From positions 1,116,001 to 1,180,000 of the forward strand of contig CDRNVI010000030.1 of NCBI GenBank assembly GCA_977017575.1: DNA of 64,000 nt. Reading direction: 5' to 3'. The DNA is from Paramoeba atlantica (Eukaryota; Protista; Discosea). Below the pieces are notes generated by a model. It was given only the letters and a program-made list of their open reading frames with translations, had not been told where the DNA came from and did not search any database. Below are positions 61,763 to 64,000 of this stretch, in pieces (within the stretch, counting starts at the first letter, position 1; each line of letters begins with the position of its first letter). A program made the translations under genes and the position numbers.

Positions 61763-63424
61763 TCACACAGAAGCCACTGCCTCATCTTTGGTCGTGTGAC
61801 AGGTGTGGCACCATGGCCTCCACGAGTAATTAAAACTTCCACACGTGGAACACATAAATTGTCCCGGCTGTAGCGGCTCCGTGTCACCCTCGATCATCGC
61901 CCTGCGTGTTCCACAAAAGAGACAAAGCATACGAGCCCCATAGTTCACCTCGCTACAGCACTCACACACGAAATTCCCCCTCCGAGAGAAGCTCCTCACC
62001 ACGGAGCAGGTCGCGTCCCGGGCCGCACCGCATACCCAACACATTTTCCTCTTGTTCGGGTTGATCGTTGCGCACTGGCCACACTTCCAGTCCCCGAGCG
62101 AGGCACTCTCCCACGAGCGGCTCTCCGCCACTTTGTGTACGTGATGCGGGTCCGTGTATACCGTGCTACAGTGCGCACACACCTGGGTCTCCTCCCGAAA
62201 GTTAATCCGCTCACATTTCACACACAACCAGTCCCCCGGCACAGCCTCCGCGAGCGTCCTCCCGAGGTTATACGGTATCCTCGGCGTGTCCTCCCCCCGC
62301 TCTTTCGCACACATAAAACACTTTCTCCTTTGCCGGTAATTCGCCACCCCACACCCCTCACAACACCAGTCCCCCGGCCACGCCTCAAACCCCTCCCCCA
62401 ACCCCACCACCACCTCTTTCCCTCCCCCCTCCCCCCTCCCTTTCCCACACCTCACACACCCCTTCCGCTGCCCCCCCACATTATTCCACCCACACCCCCC
62501 ACAGTTCCAGTCCCCCCCCCTCGGCCCCCCCTCCCTCCCCTCCACCATCTCCACCCGCTCACTCACCCCACTCCCACACCGCACACAGCCCACCCGGTAC
62601 CCATAATTCCACAGCTCACACTGCTCACACCTCCAATCCCCCCGCCTACTCCCCGCCCGCACGTGCGCCGGTCCCGCCCCCTCCGGCCGCCCCGCCTCAC
62701 ACTTAATGCAACACACCCGCATGCTGAAGTTCAGCACCCCGCACTGGGGGCAGTAGAACTCCCCCTCCTTCAGCTCCGGCAGCGGGATCACCCTACTCCC
62801 CACGACCGCCCCCTCCCCCCCCCTCTCCCGCGGGGCCTCACACCGGTAGCACCCCCCCCGTGCCTTGAAGTTCCACAGCGCGCAGTGGGTGCACTGCCAG
62901 TCCCCGGGGCGGGGGGCCATCCCCCCCGCGGGGCGCCACGGGGAGCCGTCGGGGTGGGCCCAGCGCAGGCAGCCCGGGGCGAGGGGGGTGGCGCACACGT
63001 AGCACGCCGTGCGGGTCTTGAAGTTCGACCCCTCGCAGACGGGGCAGAGCCAGTCCCCGGGGAGCCGCGGGGGGTCGCGGTCGGGGGGGGGCCGGGAGGG
63101 GGGGCCACCACGACGCCGGCGGGTCCCGCGGAGGCGACCGGGGGGGTGGTGGGGCTGGAGCTCACCGAATTCATCGAAGTGGGGACGACGACGGGGGGAG
63201 GGACGGAAGGGGGAGGGGGGGTAGGGGTTGCGGTTGGAGGCGTCGTCATCGTAGGTGGGGGGGTGGTGGTGGTGGTGGTGATAGGGGGAGGGGGGTGGGG
63301 GGGTGGAGGGGGAGGAAGAGGGGTTGGTGGAGGGGGAGAATTGTACCATGGGGGTACGGTAGAGAGAGGGGAGAGGGCATGGGGGGGAGGGGGGGAGACG
63401 AAAGGTGCGAAAGAGGATACGCAT
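61763..63424 (-). CDS. Protein with 10 RanBP2-type zinc fingers
   Basis: Ten G[DEQN][WF].C..C...N......C..C units; Pro-rich N-terminus; alternative ATG at 63349. Confidence 0.9.
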   Translation of the reverse strand: MRILFRTFRLPPSPPCPLPSLYRTPMVQFSPSTNPSSSPSTPPPPSPYHHHHHHPPTYDDDASNRNPYPPSPFRPSPRRRPHFDEFGELQPHHPPGRLRGTRRRRGGPPSRPPPDRDPPRLPGDWLCPVCEGSNFKTRTACYVCATPLAPGCLRWAHPDGSPWRPAGGMAPRPGDWQCTHCALWNFKARGGCYRCEAPRERGGEGAVVGSRVIPLPELKEGEFYCPQCGVLNFSMRVCCIKCEAGRPEGAGPAHVRAGSRRGDWRCEQCELWNYGYRVGCVRCGSGVSERVEMVEGREGGPRGGDWNCGGCGWNNVGGQRKGCVRCGKGRGEGGGKEVVVGLGEGFEAWPGDWCCEGCGVANYRQRRKCFMCAKERGEDTPRIPYNLGRTLAEAVPGDWLCVKCERINFREETQVCAHCSTVYTDPHHVHKVAESRSWESASLGDWKCGQCATINPNKRKMCWVCGAARDATCSVVRSFSRRGNFVCECCSEVNYGARMLCLFCGTRRAMIEGDTEPLQPGQFMCSTCGSFNYSWRPWCHTCHTTKDEAVASV

Positions 63425-64000
63425 GGAGGAAGTGAACGGTGGGTTGGGGATGGTGGGGGGGTTAGGGGATCGGCATGTCCCGAGGCAAGTCGTTAAGAGA
63501 TGAAAATAGAATAAAGAGGCTCAATGGATAAAGAAAATTCATTTCGGTTGGGTGGCTATAAAGTTCTTATACTAAGCTTTTATACGATTTGTATAATGTC
63601 CGATGGTAGATTACATGCTTGATGGCTTTACATGAATGATGGCTTTACTGTAGGATGGAAAGTTATGGAAGGAAACTTGCTACAAGCGACAGAGCAAAGT
63701 AGTGAGAATGAAGGGACTTGTTATACATGGATAAAGAAGTTGTGCTCTACCAAATATATTTTTTCTGACCTCCTTTTAATTCCATAAATTCTTTAAAGTT
63801 TCAACATTAACGCTGTACAAGTAATGGATTTGTCAATCCATAATGAGATTTATAAATCATCCTTCCCATTAGTTTTCTAAAGAATGACGTACTCTAATCA
63901 TCGTTATGCAGCAATGGTCACTGAAGTGGGATCGGCGTCACTCGAACTGCATACTTCAGTTGGAGCCTCACCATCTTCGTTCCAAAACTCGGAGCTTGGT

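Noticed and set aside
62135-63496. 453-aa + strand ORF
   Set aside because: Antisense shadow of the RanBP2 gene; stop-free because of extreme C/G skew
1-64000. tRNA, rRNA, SL-RNA genes and spliceosomal introns
   Set aside because: None recognised by eye; tRNAscan/Infernal were not run, so short RNAs may be missed

Overview
Eukaryotic, intron-less, kinetoplastid-type genomic DNA. From ~775 to ~63424 every recognisable cellular gene lies on the minus strand, like one polycistronic unit: trypanothione reductase, HAP2/GCS1, RRP15, UTP7/WDR46, XRN, SECISBP2, histone H4, EndoG-type nuclease, HAD nucleotidase, Ubc4-like E2, KAP-like kDNA protein, Nup107, an RNase III/dsRBD protein, RAD1, a RanBP2-ZnF protein and four small LRR proteins. 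Trypanothione reductase, a KAP-like protein, the small LRR family and Merlin relics suggest a Perkinsela-like (prokinetoplastid) organism; this is inference, not a database result. Most notable: (1) an intact bacterial IS30-family element (DD33E transposase, 26-bp IS30-type terminal IRs, clean target duplication) with three reiterated end-binding sites per side, nested in a second 20-bp-TIR shell; (2) about eight intragenic GC-rich islands of 0.7-1.5 kb that all switch from C(+A)-rich to G(+T)-rich and flip synonymous codon endings, resembling origin or hotspot mutational scars; (3) two copies of a candidate single-hairpin AGA-box snoRNA; (4) pogo, Merlin and Tc1 relics plus several MITEs, with all transposase ORFs antisense to the gene unit, including an in-frame Merlin/Tc1 chimera and a MITE with a 22-bp flanking duplication. 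All homology calls come from motif recognition by eye; no searches were run.
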